NCBI GenBank assembly: GCA_963843845.1
Contig: CAWJMB010000002.1
Coordinates: 288,001 to 352,000 of the forward strand
From: an uncultured Gemmatimonadaceae bacterium
GTDB lineage: Bacteria; Gemmatimonadota; Gemmatimonadetes; Gemmatimonadales; Gemmatimonadaceae
DNA: 64,000 nt
Direction: 5' to 3'
Shown piece after piece: positions 1-11,433 of the stretch (position 1 is the first letter of the stretch; each line of letters begins with the position of its first letter). Under the pieces are notes generated by a model that was not told the origin of the DNA, made no database searches, and saw nothing but the letters and a program-made list of their open reading frames with translations. The translations under genes and the position numbers were made by a program.

Positions 1-1
1 T

Positions 2-442
2 GCCGGACTCGCGCGGCGGCTCGGACTCGAGCCGACGGGGACGTTCGGGCGCTACAAGACGGTCGACGTCGCGGTGACCGGCGAGAGCGACGTCGAGACT
101 GCCACGCTCGCCGAGCGCGCGCGATCGTTCGCCGCGCAGTGGGGGGGGACGGTGCGCCACACGCCGATCGCGTCGGAGCGACGAACGCGGCGCTGGGGAC
201 TCTGCACCGGCGCCGGCGCGTCGAGCGACACACTGCGCGAGGCGAGCGAGCGCGGGCTCGACACGCTCATCGTCGGCGAGGGGCCCCACCATACGGCGAT
301 CGACGCAGTCGAGCGAGATGTCGTCGTCATCTACGCGGGGCACTACGCGACCGAGACGGTCGGTGTTCGCGCGATCGGCGCATGGCTCGAAGCGCGATTC
401 GGCCTTCCGTGGTCGTTCGTCGGGGAGCCGACAGGACTATGA
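2..442 (+). CDS. Nif3-like dinuclear metal centre protein (5'-partial)
   Basis: Frame is open from the window start. C-terminal GEGPHH...AGHYATETVGV matches Nif3/YbgI. Confidence 0.85.
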   Translation, partial: AGLARRLGLEPTGTFGRYKTVDVAVTGESDVETATLAERARSFAAQWGGTVRHTPIASERRTRRWGLCTGAGASSDTLREASERGLDTLIVGEGPHHTAIDAVERDVVVIYAGHYATETVGVRAIGAWLEARFGLPWSFVGEPTGL

Positions 443-1005
443 GATCGCGCCGTGCTCTCTCGATCACTGTTGCGATAGTGTTCACCTCCGCGACGGCCTT
501 CGCGCGTATCGGGCGCGCGCAGGGTACCCAGGGGATGCCGATCCAGCCGATCGCCCAGTACCTGGCCGGCAGTGACGCGCCACTGCCGTCGCTCGGCGGC
601 GGACGGGTCGTCGGGCAGGTCGTTGGAGGCGTGGTGGGACTTCCGATCGGCTATGTCGCGGGCGGGCTCGCGGTGCGAACGGTCGTCCGGGCGACCGGCG
701 CCTCGCGCGATGCCGCCTCCGACGCGGCGCTCTTCGGCGCGTATGCCGGCTCCGCACTCGGAACGGCCGGCGCGGTGAGCCTCATCGGAGCGCGCGGCCC
801 GGGCCGAGGATCGTTCCTCGCGGCGACCGGCGGGGCGGCCGGCGGGATCGTGGCGAGCAAACTGATCGCGCGCCTGCTGCGTGGGCGGGACGACGCACCC
901 GTGACGCCACCGTGCAGGCTCGCCTGCGTCACGGTCAGCGCACTGCTCGTCGCGCTACCGAGCGCTGGCGCGACAGTGGCATACAATGCGACGCGCAGCA
1001 GATGA
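439..1005 (+). CDS. Hypothetical exported/membrane protein, Gly/Ala-rich helices
   Basis: ATGA overlap with the previous stop; signal-peptide-like MRSRRALSITVAIVF; glycine-rich hydrophobic segments. Confidence 0.6.
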   Translation: MRSRRALSITVAIVFTSATAFARIGRAQGTQGMPIQPIAQYLAGSDAPLPSLGGGRVVGQVVGGVVGLPIGYVAGGLAVRTVVRATGASRDAASDAALFGAYAGSALGTAGAVSLIGARGPGRGSFLAATGGAAGGIVASKLIARLLRGRDDAPVTPPCRLACVTVSALLVALPSAGATVAYNATRSR

Positions 1006-1091
1006 GGCTCGGTCGACCGAGCGACGTCGACGACATGGTGGGGCGGGGCCGCGGATACGTGGCATCCCCCACTTCCTTCATTCAACAGGCC

Positions 1092-1559
1092 ATGCGGTCC
1101 CTCCTCGTCTGGATTCTCATCACGGCCGCCGCCGCGGCGATCGCCAGCGCCGGCTCGCGCTCTGCGCGGACGCTCTATCCAGCGCTCGTGCGACCGACCT
1201 GGGCGCCGCCGGCGTGGCTGTTCGCGCCGGCGTGGACGGTGTTGTACCTCGGCATGGCCGTCGCCGGGTGGCTCGTGTGGCGCGAGCGGGGCACGCAGAG
1301 CGTGACCGGACCGATCGTGCTGTTCGGGATACAGCTCGTGCTGAACGCGCTCTGGTCGTGGCTGTTCTTCGCCTGGCGGCGTGGCGGGCTCGCGTTCGCC
1401 GAGTGTGTCGTGTTCGCGCTCGCCGTGCTGGCGACGCTGATCGTGTTCTGGCGCGTGCGGCCACTCGCCGGTGTGCTCTTCCTGCCCTACCTCGCGTGGG
1501 TGACGTTCGCGACCGCGCTGACGTACGCCGTGTGGCAGGCGAATCCGGACAGGTTGTAG
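1092..1559 (+). CDS. tspO: TspO/MBR tryptophan-rich sensory protein
   Basis: Motifs RPTWAPPAWLFAPAWTVLY, QLVLNALWSWLFF and LPYLAWVTFA. Confidence 0.92.
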   Translation: MRSLLVWILITAAAAAIASAGSRSARTLYPALVRPTWAPPAWLFAPAWTVLYLGMAVAGWLVWRERGTQSVTGPIVLFGIQLVLNALWSWLFFAWRRGGLAFAECVVFALAVLATLIVFWRVRPLAGVLFLPYLAWVTFATALTYAVWQANPDRL

Positions 1560-1577
1560 CCACAGGATGTGCGACGG

Positions 1578-2219
1578 ATGCGACTCCTCTTCACCCGACT
1601 GTCCGCGGCGGATGTGCTGACCGCCGCTGCAACGGCTGCCGCGCTCGGTGGCACGTCGGCGCCGCTCGCAGCCCAGATCGTGCCACCGATCGCCCCACCG
1701 ATCGCCAGCTCGCCGACCTACGCGACCGGGCGTGACGTGCGCGTCGGCGATCGGGCGAGGATCCGCACCGTCGGCCGCGACGCGAACGGGTGGCGAGTCG
1801 ATTGCGAGGGGCGTGTCACCGCGATCGTCGGCGACACGGTCGTGATCGAGAACGCGAGCCGCTGGAGCGGCTGTCCGCGCAAGCTCTACGACGCGAGCGA
1901 GCTGTCACAGACGGAGTTCGCGTACCGTTCGCGCGGATCGCGCGTGCTGCACACGGTGGCCGGTACCGGCATCGGCGCTGCGGTGGGTGTCGTCGGTGGC
2001 CTGCTGTCGTACGGAGGCACGGACTGCGCGTTCGGCGATTGCGACGAGGAGTATGCCGGGATCGCCACGGTGCTCTTCGGCATGCTGGGGGGCGCGGCGG
2101 GTGGCGTCATCGGACTCCTCATGCCGGCCGGCCCGCGGTGGGAGGCGCTCCGCACCCTCGCTCCCGTGCGCGTGGCGGGGTTGGCGGTGCGCCCGTCGGT
2201 CCGATTGCGTGTGCGGTAG
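1578..2219 (+). CDS. Hypothetical secreted protein with glycine-zipper C-terminus
   Basis: Signal-like N-terminus; GTGIGAAVGVVGG...GGAAGGVIG segments. Confidence 0.55.
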   Translation: MRLLFTRLSAADVLTAAATAAALGGTSAPLAAQIVPPIAPPIASSPTYATGRDVRVGDRARIRTVGRDANGWRVDCEGRVTAIVGDTVVIENASRWSGCPRKLYDASELSQTEFAYRSRGSRVLHTVAGTGIGAAVGVVGGLLSYGGTDCAFGDCDEEYAGIATVLFGMLGGAAGGVIGLLMPAGPRWEALRTLAPVRVAGLAVRPSVRLRVR

Positions 2220-2248
2220 GTACGAGCGTCAGTCACCCGTTCATCGAC

Positions 2249-2572
2249 ATGTTCGAACTCTGGATCGAAGCCGAGGAGTGGCCCGAGGGCGAGTGGACGC
2301 CCGACGACGCCGTCACGGACGTCGTCGCGACGCTCGGCGACGGATCGCGGTGGGTCGCGACGTTCTGCGCGTTCGGGCACGTCGAGGCGCTGCGCCGCGC
2401 CTGCCGAGAGACCGGCGAGAACCTGAGCGGGCGCTATCTCTGGGCGTCCGACCTCATCCTCGTCGACGATACGACGCGCGACACGATCACCGCCGTCGTC
2501 GCCGACCTGCACGCCGCGGGGGACATCCCGAGCGCGTTCTCGGAGCTGACGGACGACGACGCGCCGGCGTGA
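2249..2572 (+). CDS. Small acidic hypothetical protein
   Basis: MFELWIEAEEW...DVVATLGDGSRWVATF...GRYLWASDLILV; globular composition; stop overlaps the next GTG. Confidence 0.7.
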   Translation: MFELWIEAEEWPEGEWTPDDAVTDVVATLGDGSRWVATFCAFGHVEALRRACRETGENLSGRYLWASDLILVDDTTRDTITAVVADLHAAGDIPSAFSELTDDDAPA

Positions 2573-4083
2573 GCGCCGAACCAGCGTTCGGCGCGCCGCC
2601 GGCGCTCGAGCTGCGCGAGGTGACGAAACGGTTCGGCGCCGCCGTCGCGCTGAGCGGTGCGTCGCTCGCCGTGCGGCGCGGAACGCTCCACGCGGTGCTC
2701 GGCGAGAACGGGGCTGGGAAGACGACGCTCATGCGCGTCGCGTTCGGGCTCGTCGCGCCGGACACTGGAACGGTGTGCGTCGACGGCACGGCGCGCACGT
2801 TCGACTCGCCGCGCACCGCGATCGCCGCCGGGCTCGGGATGGTGCACCAGCACTTCACGATCGTGCCGACGATGACGGTCGCGGAGAACGTCGCCTTAGG
2901 CAGGCGCGGGCGGTACGACCGGCGAGCCGCCGCCGAGCGCGTCGCCGACGTCGCGCGGCGAACCGGACTCGCACTCGACCCCGACGCCGTCGCCGAAACG
3001 TTGGGCATCGCCGCGCAGCAGCGGCTCGAGCTCGTGAAGGCGCTCGCTCGCGACGCGCGCACGCTGATCCTCGACGAGCCGACCGCCGTGCTCGCGCCGA
3101 GTGAGGCGCGCGAGCTGCTCACGTGGCTGCGTCGCTTCGTCGCGGACGGCGGCACCGTCGTGCTCGTGACGCACCGGCTGCGCGACGCGCTGGCGTTCGC
3201 CGACGACGTGACGGTGCTGCGCCGCGGTCGCTCGGTCGGCACGCTCGCGGCGCGCGACGCGACCGAGGAGACGTTGGCGGAGCTCGTGCTCGGCGAGCGT
3301 CCGACGGGGAGCGTCGTCGGGCGTGCGACGCACCCGCCCGGCACCGTCGTCGCGCGCGCCGAGGAACTGCGCGTCGTCGACGCGCGCGGCGTGGAGCGGG
3401 TGCGCGGTGCGACGCTCGACGTGCGCGGCGGCGAGATCGTCGGCCTCGCGGCGGTCGAAGGCTCGGGGCAGCACGAGCTGCTGCGCGCGCTCGCCGGCCG
3501 CCTGGCGCCGATCGGTGGCAGGCTGGAACGGCCGGCGAACGTGGGCTTCGTGCCCGAGGACCGGCACCGCGACGCCCTGCTCCTCGACGCGCCGCTCGTC
3601 GAGAACGTCGCGCTGCGCGGTGCGGGTGCGCGGCGCGGGCTGATACCGTGGCGACGACTCGCGCGACGGACCGACGAACTGACCGCGCGGTTCGACGTGC
3701 GTGCGCCCACCGGGCGAGGGGTCGTCGCCCGGGCGCTGTCCGGCGGGAATCAGCAGAAGCTCGTGGTGGCGCGCGAGCTGGCGGCGCACGCCGGGCGCGA
3801 CGACGGGCTCGACGGAACGGAGCGCGCCGGCAGCAACGGGCCGTCGTTGCTCGTCGTCGAGAACCCGACGCGCGGGCTCGACGTGCGCGCGTCAGCGGCG
3901 GTCCATGCCCGCCTGCGCGAGGCGCGCGACGCGGGGGCGGGGATCATCGTCCACTCCACAGACCTGGACGAAGTGCTGGCGCTCGCCGATCGCGTACTCG
4001 TGATGTACGATGGTCGGCTCTCCGGGGCAGTGCTCGCAGATCGCGACGCGGTTGGCCGCCTCATGTTGGGCGCGTCAGCATGA
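2569..4083 (+). CDS. ABC transporter ATP-binding protein, two-domain sugar/nucleoside type
   Basis: Walker A GENGAGKT, MVHQHF, LILDEPT, second signature LSGGNQQK, ENPTRGLD. Confidence 0.92.
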   Translation: MSAEPAFGAPPALELREVTKRFGAAVALSGASLAVRRGTLHAVLGENGAGKTTLMRVAFGLVAPDTGTVCVDGTARTFDSPRTAIAAGLGMVHQHFTIVPTMTVAENVALGRRGRYDRRAAAERVADVARRTGLALDPDAVAETLGIAAQQRLELVKALARDARTLILDEPTAVLAPSEARELLTWLRRFVADGGTVVLVTHRLRDALAFADDVTVLRRGRSVGTLAARDATEETLAELVLGERPTGSVVGRATHPPGTVVARAEELRVVDARGVERVRGATLDVRGGEIVGLAAVEGSGQHELLRALAGRLAPIGGRLERPANVGFVPEDRHRDALLLDAPLVENVALRGAGARRGLIPWRRLARRTDELTARFDVRAPTGRGVVARALSGGNQQKLVVARELAAHAGRDDGLDGTERAGSNGPSLLVVENPTRGLDVRASAAVHARLREARDAGAGIIVHSTDLDEVLALADRVLVMYDGRLSGAVLADRDAVGRLMLGASA

Positions 4084-4161
4084 GCGCGGCGTTCCGGCAG
4101 CGTCGGGACAGTAGCAACTCGGCTCGCTGAACACGCTCGCGGGCTGTGGGTAGGACGTTTC

Positions 4162-6636
<2,475 letters not shown>

Positions 6637-6691
6637 GTGGCGGTGCCTCGGCATCCCACTCGTTCTCTCCCGAACTCCTATCTTTCGCCTG

Positions 6692-7220
6692 ATGCCCGAC
6701 TCGATTGAACCTGTGGCCGCCAGCCCCGCGCGTCGTTCGAGGCGGCGCGTGCTGCTGCACGCTCGGTGCGATCAGCGTCGGGTGGAAGGTGATCGTGTTC
6801 ACCGTCGGCGCCGCGGTGCCGAAGTGGATGATCGACGACGGCGTCCGCGCGCTGCCCGATAGCGTGCAGCCCTATGCGCGCGACGCGAAACGGAGCGCGG
6901 CGGCGCTATGGAACGGGCCGATCGAGCGGTACGGCTTCGTTCGCACGCTCCGCGTCGTCAGCGCCGGACCGATCGCTGCGACCACGGCCGGCGAGAGCGC
7001 GGCGGCGGCGCGGTGCGGCGGGCTCGGGGCGCGCGTGCGGGCGTACACCTACTTCGGCGTGCCGTATTCGGAGGCGCGGATGGTATGCGATAGTGGCGTC
7101 GTCGAGTACCGCGTGTGGCGCCGCCCTGGCACGATGCGCGACCACCTCGCGAAGTCGAGCGCCGTGACACGCCGGCCGGCGCTCCCATCGACGCCCAGCC
7201 TATCGCGCGAAGGGAACTGA
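6692..7220 (+). CDS. Hypothetical protein (probable frameshift near 6757)
   Basis: MPDSIEPVAASPARRSRRRVLL joins, after a frame change, TLGAISVGWKVIVF...VRAYTYFGVPY; TATCTT lies 7 nt before the ATG. Confidence 0.5.
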
Positions 7221-7226
7221 CCGCTC

Positions 7227-8258
7227 GTGCGACCCCTCGCACGCAGCGTCGCGATCGCCGTCGCCGCGGCCGGGGTCGCCGGTCTCGTCCTCGTCCTTCT
7301 CCTGCTCGCCGGCGGCTATGACGCCGGCCTGGCACTGTCCGCGTTGTGGCGAGGCGCGTTCGGCAGCGACTACGCGCTGCTCTCGGCGACGCTCGTGCGT
7401 GCGACGCCGCTCATCCTCGCCGGACTCGCCGTGTCGACCGCGTTCGGCGCCGGTCTCCTGAACATCGGCGCCGAGGGGCAGTTGCTGGCAGGGGGGGCGG
7501 CGGCGGCGGCGATCGGGACCGTTGCCGTCGGAGGACTGAGCGGGGTCGCGGCGCCGATCGCGCTCACGGCAGGGGCGGTGTGCGGCGCGCTCTGGGCGGG
7601 GATCGCGGCGGCACTGCGGCGGCGGTTCGGTGTCCGCGAGGTCATCAGCACGCTGATGCTCAACTTCGTCGCCCTGCATGCGGTCGGCTGGCTGGTGCGC
7701 GGACCGCTGCAGGAGCCACAGCGCATCTACCCGCAATCGCCGTCGCTGCACGCGGGCGCTCGACTTCCCATGCTCGTGCCGGGATCGCGCCTGCACGTCG
7801 GATTCGCGCTCGCCGTGCTCTGCGCCGTCGTGCTCTGGTGGGTCCGTCGCTCGACGGCGCTCGGCTTTCGCTGGCGGGCGGTCGGCCTGAACCCGTTCGC
7901 CGCGGCCGCGAGCGGCATGATCGCCGTACCGGCGACGACGACGGCGGTCTTTCTCGCGAGCGGCGGGCTGGCCGGACTCGCCGGCGCGGTCGAGGTGACG
8001 GGGGTGACCTACGCGCTCTACGAGAACTTCTCGCCCGGCTACGGCTACTCCGCGATCGCTGTCGCGCTCCTGGCCCGACTCCATCCGCTCGGCGTGATCG
8101 CGACAGGAATTCTGTTCGGGGCGCTCGAGGCCGGCGCGGGTGCGATGCAGCGCGACGCCGGGGTGCCGGCGGTCGTGGCGACAGTCGTCGAAGCAGTGCT
8201 CATCTTCGTCGCGCTGCTCGTGACCAGACTGAGATCGGCACCGAGCGACCTGTCCTGA
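7227..8258 (+). CDS. ABC transporter permease (nucleoside/sugar type) 1
   Basis: ATPLILAGLAV...LLNIGAEGQ, EVISTLMLNFV, GYGYSAIAVALL. Confidence 0.9.
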   Translation: MRPLARSVAIAVAAAGVAGLVLVLLLLAGGYDAGLALSALWRGAFGSDYALLSATLVRATPLILAGLAVSTAFGAGLLNIGAEGQLLAGGAAAAAIGTVAVGGLSGVAAPIALTAGAVCGALWAGIAAALRRRFGVREVISTLMLNFVALHAVGWLVRGPLQEPQRIYPQSPSLHAGARLPMLVPGSRLHVGFALAVLCAVVLWWVRRSTALGFRWRAVGLNPFAAAASGMIAVPATTTAVFLASGGLAGLAGAVEVTGVTYALYENFSPGYGYSAIAVALLARLHPLGVIATGILFGALEAGAGAMQRDAGVPAVVATVVEAVLIFVALLVTRLRSAPSDLS

Positions 8259-9139
8259 TGTTCGCACTCTCGGCCTTTCTGGAAGCGACGATCCGCACCG
8301 CGACGCCGCTGGCCTACGCGGCGCTCGGCGAGGCGGTCGTCGAGCGGGCCGGGATCATCAACATCGGCGTCGAAGGGGCGATCATCGCCGGCGCGTTCGC
8401 GGGGATGGTCGCCGCGGGGGCGGCAGGCACGGGGCTCGGGTTCGTCGCCGGTGCGGTCGCCGGGATCGCCATGGCGACAGTGTTCGCGCTGTTCGTCGTC
8501 GGGCGGCGGAGCGATCCGATCATCACGGGATCGGCGGTCACGCTGCTCGGGCTCGGACTCACCGGCACGCTCTACCGGATGCTCTACGGTGAGACCGGCG
8601 CGGCACTGTCGACGCCGACGACCGCGCCGATCGCGATTCCGGGGTTGAGCCAGCTCCCGATCGTCGGTCCGGCACTGTTCGCCCAGCCGCTCGCGACGTA
8701 CGCCCTCTACTTCATCGTGCCCGCCGTCTGGTGGTGGATGTACCGCACGCACGGCGGACTCGCGCTGCGCGCCGTCGGCGAGCGACCCGACGCCGCCGTC
8801 GCCGCCGGGATCCGTCCGCGCCGAGTGCAGCTCGGAGCGCTGCTGTTCGGCGGGGCGATGGGCGGCGTCGCCGGCGCGACGCTGGTGCTCGCCCAGGCCG
8901 GCACCTTCGCCGAGGGGATGAGCGCGGGACGAGGCTTCATCGCGGTCGCCATCGTCGTGCTCGGCAGATGGCATCCCGTCGGTGTGGCGGCAGCGGCGCT
9001 GCTCTTCGGCGGGGCGAGCGCGCTGCAGTACCTGTTTCAGGCGATGGGGTGGGCGCTGCCCTATCAGCTCTTCCTCGCGCTGCCGTACGTGCTGACGCTC
9101 GTCGTGCTGGCGGCGCTCGGCCGGCGGACGGTACGTTAG
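8258..9139 (+). CDS. ABC transporter permease (nucleoside/sugar type) 2
   Basis: TPLAYAALGE..ERAGIINIGVEG, GRGFIAVAIVVLGRW, LPYVLTL; TGATG coupling. Confidence 0.9.
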   Translation: MFALSAFLEATIRTATPLAYAALGEAVVERAGIINIGVEGAIIAGAFAGMVAAGAAGTGLGFVAGAVAGIAMATVFALFVVGRRSDPIITGSAVTLLGLGLTGTLYRMLYGETGAALSTPTTAPIAIPGLSQLPIVGPALFAQPLATYALYFIVPAVWWWMYRTHGGLALRAVGERPDAAVAAGIRPRRVQLGALLFGGAMGGVAGATLVLAQAGTFAEGMSAGRGFIAVAIVVLGRWHPVGVAAAALLFGGASALQYLFQAMGWALPYQLFLALPYVLTLVVLAALGRRTVR

Positions 9140-9161
9140 GCACGTCTCGCTCGCGAACTCG

Positions 9162-9842
9162 ATGCCGGACGACATCATTCTTCTCCACGGCGCGCTCGGC
9201 GCCGCCCCGCAGCTCGACGCGCTGGCCGAGCGACTGGCCGGCCGAGGGCACGTGCACGTGATCGAGCTTCCCGGTCACGGCGCGACCCCGCGCGACGGGG
9301 CGTTCTCGATGCCGGCGTTCGTCGACGACGTCGTGGCGGCCATGGACGCGCAGGGTGTCCGGCAGGCGTCGTTCTTCGGCTACAGCATGGGCGGCTACGT
9401 CGCGCTGCTGCTCGCCGCCGCGCACCCGGCGCGCGTTCAGCGCGTGACGACGTTGGGCACCAAGTTCCGCTGGGATCCGGCGACGGCGGCGCGCGACGCG
9501 GCGCGCCTCGACCCGGCGACGATCCGCGCGAAGGTTCCGCGCTTCGCCGACGCGCTCGCGGCGCGCCACGCCGCTGCCGGCGGCTGGGAGCGGGTGCTCG
9601 AGCGTACGGCTGCGCTGCTGGTCGCGTTGGGCGACGCGCCGCCGCTCACGAACGAGCTGTTAGGCACCGTTCGGTGCCCCGTGCGCGTCATGGTCGGCGA
9701 CCGCGACGCCACCGTGAGCGTGGCCGAGACCGACGGCGCGCGTCAGGCGTCAGGCGGCGGCCAGCTCGCGGTGCTTCCGGGAACGCCGCACCCGATCGAG
9801 CAGGTGGACGTCGAGGTGTTGGCTCGGCTCATCCTGCTCTAG
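9162..9842 (+). CDS. Alpha/beta fold hydrolase
   Basis: LLHG, nucleophile elbow GYSMGG, GDRD, C-terminal His (TPHP). Confidence 0.85.
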   Translation: MPDDIILLHGALGAAPQLDALAERLAGRGHVHVIELPGHGATPRDGAFSMPAFVDDVVAAMDAQGVRQASFFGYSMGGYVALLLAAAHPARVQRVTTLGTKFRWDPATAARDAARLDPATIRAKVPRFADALAARHAAAGGWERVLERTAALLVALGDAPPLTNELLGTVRCPVRVMVGDRDATVSVAETDGARQASGGGQLAVLPGTPHPIEQVDVEVLARLILL

Positions 9843-9863
9843 GCGCGATGTGGTTCCATTCTC

Positions 9864-10877
9864 TCACCCGAGCACGTCGCGAACGAACTCGAACGTGCGT
9901 CGCTCCGCGTAATAGTCCGGGCGCCACGGCACACGCCCCCCGACGAAGCCGACATGGCCGCCGTGGGGAGCGAACTCGACGTGCAGCGCCGGGTTGGTCG
10001 CCGCGATCGTGCGCACCTCGTCGAGCACGGCGGGCGGGAGGAACGGATCGTCGACCGCGCTGAGGAGCAGCGTCGGCACCCGGACGCGTGCGAGGTAGCC
10101 GATCGCGCTCGAGCGGGCGTAGTAGTCGGCGGCGTCGCGGAAGCCGTGCACCGGCGCCGTGACCACGTCGTCGAAGTCCCAGAGCGAGCGGAGCCCGGCC
10201 AGCGTCGCGTCGGTCGCGAGGTCGGGAAAGCGCGCCCGCTTCGCGACGACCTTCGTGCGCAGCGAGCGCAGGAAGTTGCGCTCGTAGACTCGTGCGAAGC
10301 CGCGGCCGATCTGGCGCGAGCCGCGCGCGAGGTCGTAGGGCACCGAGATCGCGACCGCCGCGCGTAGTCGCCCCGGCACGTCGCCGCCCCGTTCGCCGAG
10401 GAACTTGAGCAGCACGTTGCCGCCCAACGACACGCCACAGACCGCGAGTGGCGCGTCCGGATGGGCATGCGTGAGGCGCTCGACGGCGAACGCGAGATCG
10501 CTCGTCTCCCCCGAGTGATAGAAGCGGCGCGTGCGGTTCAGCTCGGGGCCGCAGGTGCGGTGATACAACAGATCCATCGCCCACCCGCGGCGCGCGGCCT
10601 CGGCGAACATCCCCTGCACGTAGTGCGATCGCGCACTTCCCTCGAGGCCGTGCAGCACGAGTAGACGCGGCGCCGTCGACCCGGCCAGCGCCGGGGCGTC
10701 GAGGCGCACGAGGTCGACGAAGTCGCCGTCCGGCGTCTCCCACCGCTCCGCGCGCGTGTGCGCCGGCGCGACCGCCTGCCGGCGCACGAACTTCCCCCAC
10801 ATCGTCTGGACGTGAGGATTGCGCGCCCACCAGGGGGCGTGGAACGGCGGTGCGGAGCGCGGTGCGGAGTGCGGCAT
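9864..10877 (-). CDS. YheT-family alpha/beta hydrolase
   Basis: NPHVQT, LHGLEGS, YHSGETSD, GVSLGGN, DDPF, GGHVGF. Confidence 0.9.
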   Translation of the reverse strand: MPHSAPRSAPPFHAPWWARNPHVQTMWGKFVRRQAVAPAHTRAERWETPDGDFVDLVRLDAPALAGSTAPRLLVLHGLEGSARSHYVQGMFAEAARRGWAMDLLYHRTCGPELNRTRRFYHSGETSDLAFAVERLTHAHPDAPLAVCGVSLGGNVLLKFLGERGGDVPGRLRAAVAISVPYDLARGSRQIGRGFARVYERNFLRSLRTKVVAKRARFPDLATDATLAGLRSLWDFDDVVTAPVHGFRDAADYYARSSAIGYLARVRVPTLLLSAVDDPFLPPAVLDEVRTIAATNPALHVEFAPHGGHVGFVGGRVPWRPDYYAERRTFEFVRDVLG

Positions 10878-10883
10878 GATCGC

Positions 10884-10891
10884 AGTATAGT
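10884..10891. promoter_or_regulatory. Overlapping divergent -10 elements (TATAGT on +, TATACT on -)
   Basis: 19-bp gap between divergent ATGs at 10877 and 10897; each hexamer lies 5-6 nt before its ATG; no room for a Shine-Dalgarno site. Confidence 0.55.
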
Positions 10892-10896
10892 CCGCC

Positions 10897-11235
10897 ATGC
10901 CCGCGCCCTCGGATTCACACTGGTGGCTCACCGTGGCCGCGACGCTCGCCGAGACCCTCGTCGCGCTCGGCGTGCTGCACGGCGCGGTAGGACATGCGAT
11001 GCGGGCGCGGGGGATGACGTGGCGGCTTCGCGACTCCGCCCTCGTCAGTCCGCTGCTCCTCGTCGGACTGTTCGTGTTCTTCGGGTCGACGAACCACGCG
11101 GTGCTCAGGTACGCGCTCGACGTGGAGCGGACGGGACACGCACAGCTGCCGCATCTCGTGGCGATGGTCGGCGCGGCGGGCGGGGGTCTCGCGATCGCGT
11201 GGTTCGGCGCGCGCGCGGTGGGGAAGCTGTACTGA
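10897..11235 (+). CDS. Small three-TM hypothetical membrane protein
   Basis: Three hydrophobic segments; divergent from the YheT gene. Confidence 0.55.
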   Translation: MPAPSDSHWWLTVAATLAETLVALGVLHGAVGHAMRARGMTWRLRDSALVSPLLLVGLFVFFGSTNHAVLRYALDVERTGHAQLPHLVAMVGAAGGGLAIAWFGARAVGKLY

Positions 11236-11295
11236 GCTCGCCATCGACGCGGGCGCCGGTGACGCGCCGCCGAGCCGGCAGGTCACACCGACAAC

Positions 11296-11326
11296 ATTGA
11301 CAATATCAATACGGTCACCCTAAACT
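11296..11326 (+). promoter_or_regulatory. Sigma70-type promoter with overlapping operator palindrome
   Basis: TTGACA (11297-11302), 18 bp, TAAACT (11321-11326); ATTGA-N5-TCAAT inverted repeat at 11296-11310 covers the -35. Confidence 0.7.
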
Positions 11327-11433
11327 CTGGTCGAATTCGTTCGACGAAAGAACAAAGTCGGCCCGCCTCGCTGTCCCGACCCGTTCGATCGCCCCCGCCC
11401 TTCCGGCCTCCCGCCCCCGATCACCGTGTTGCC

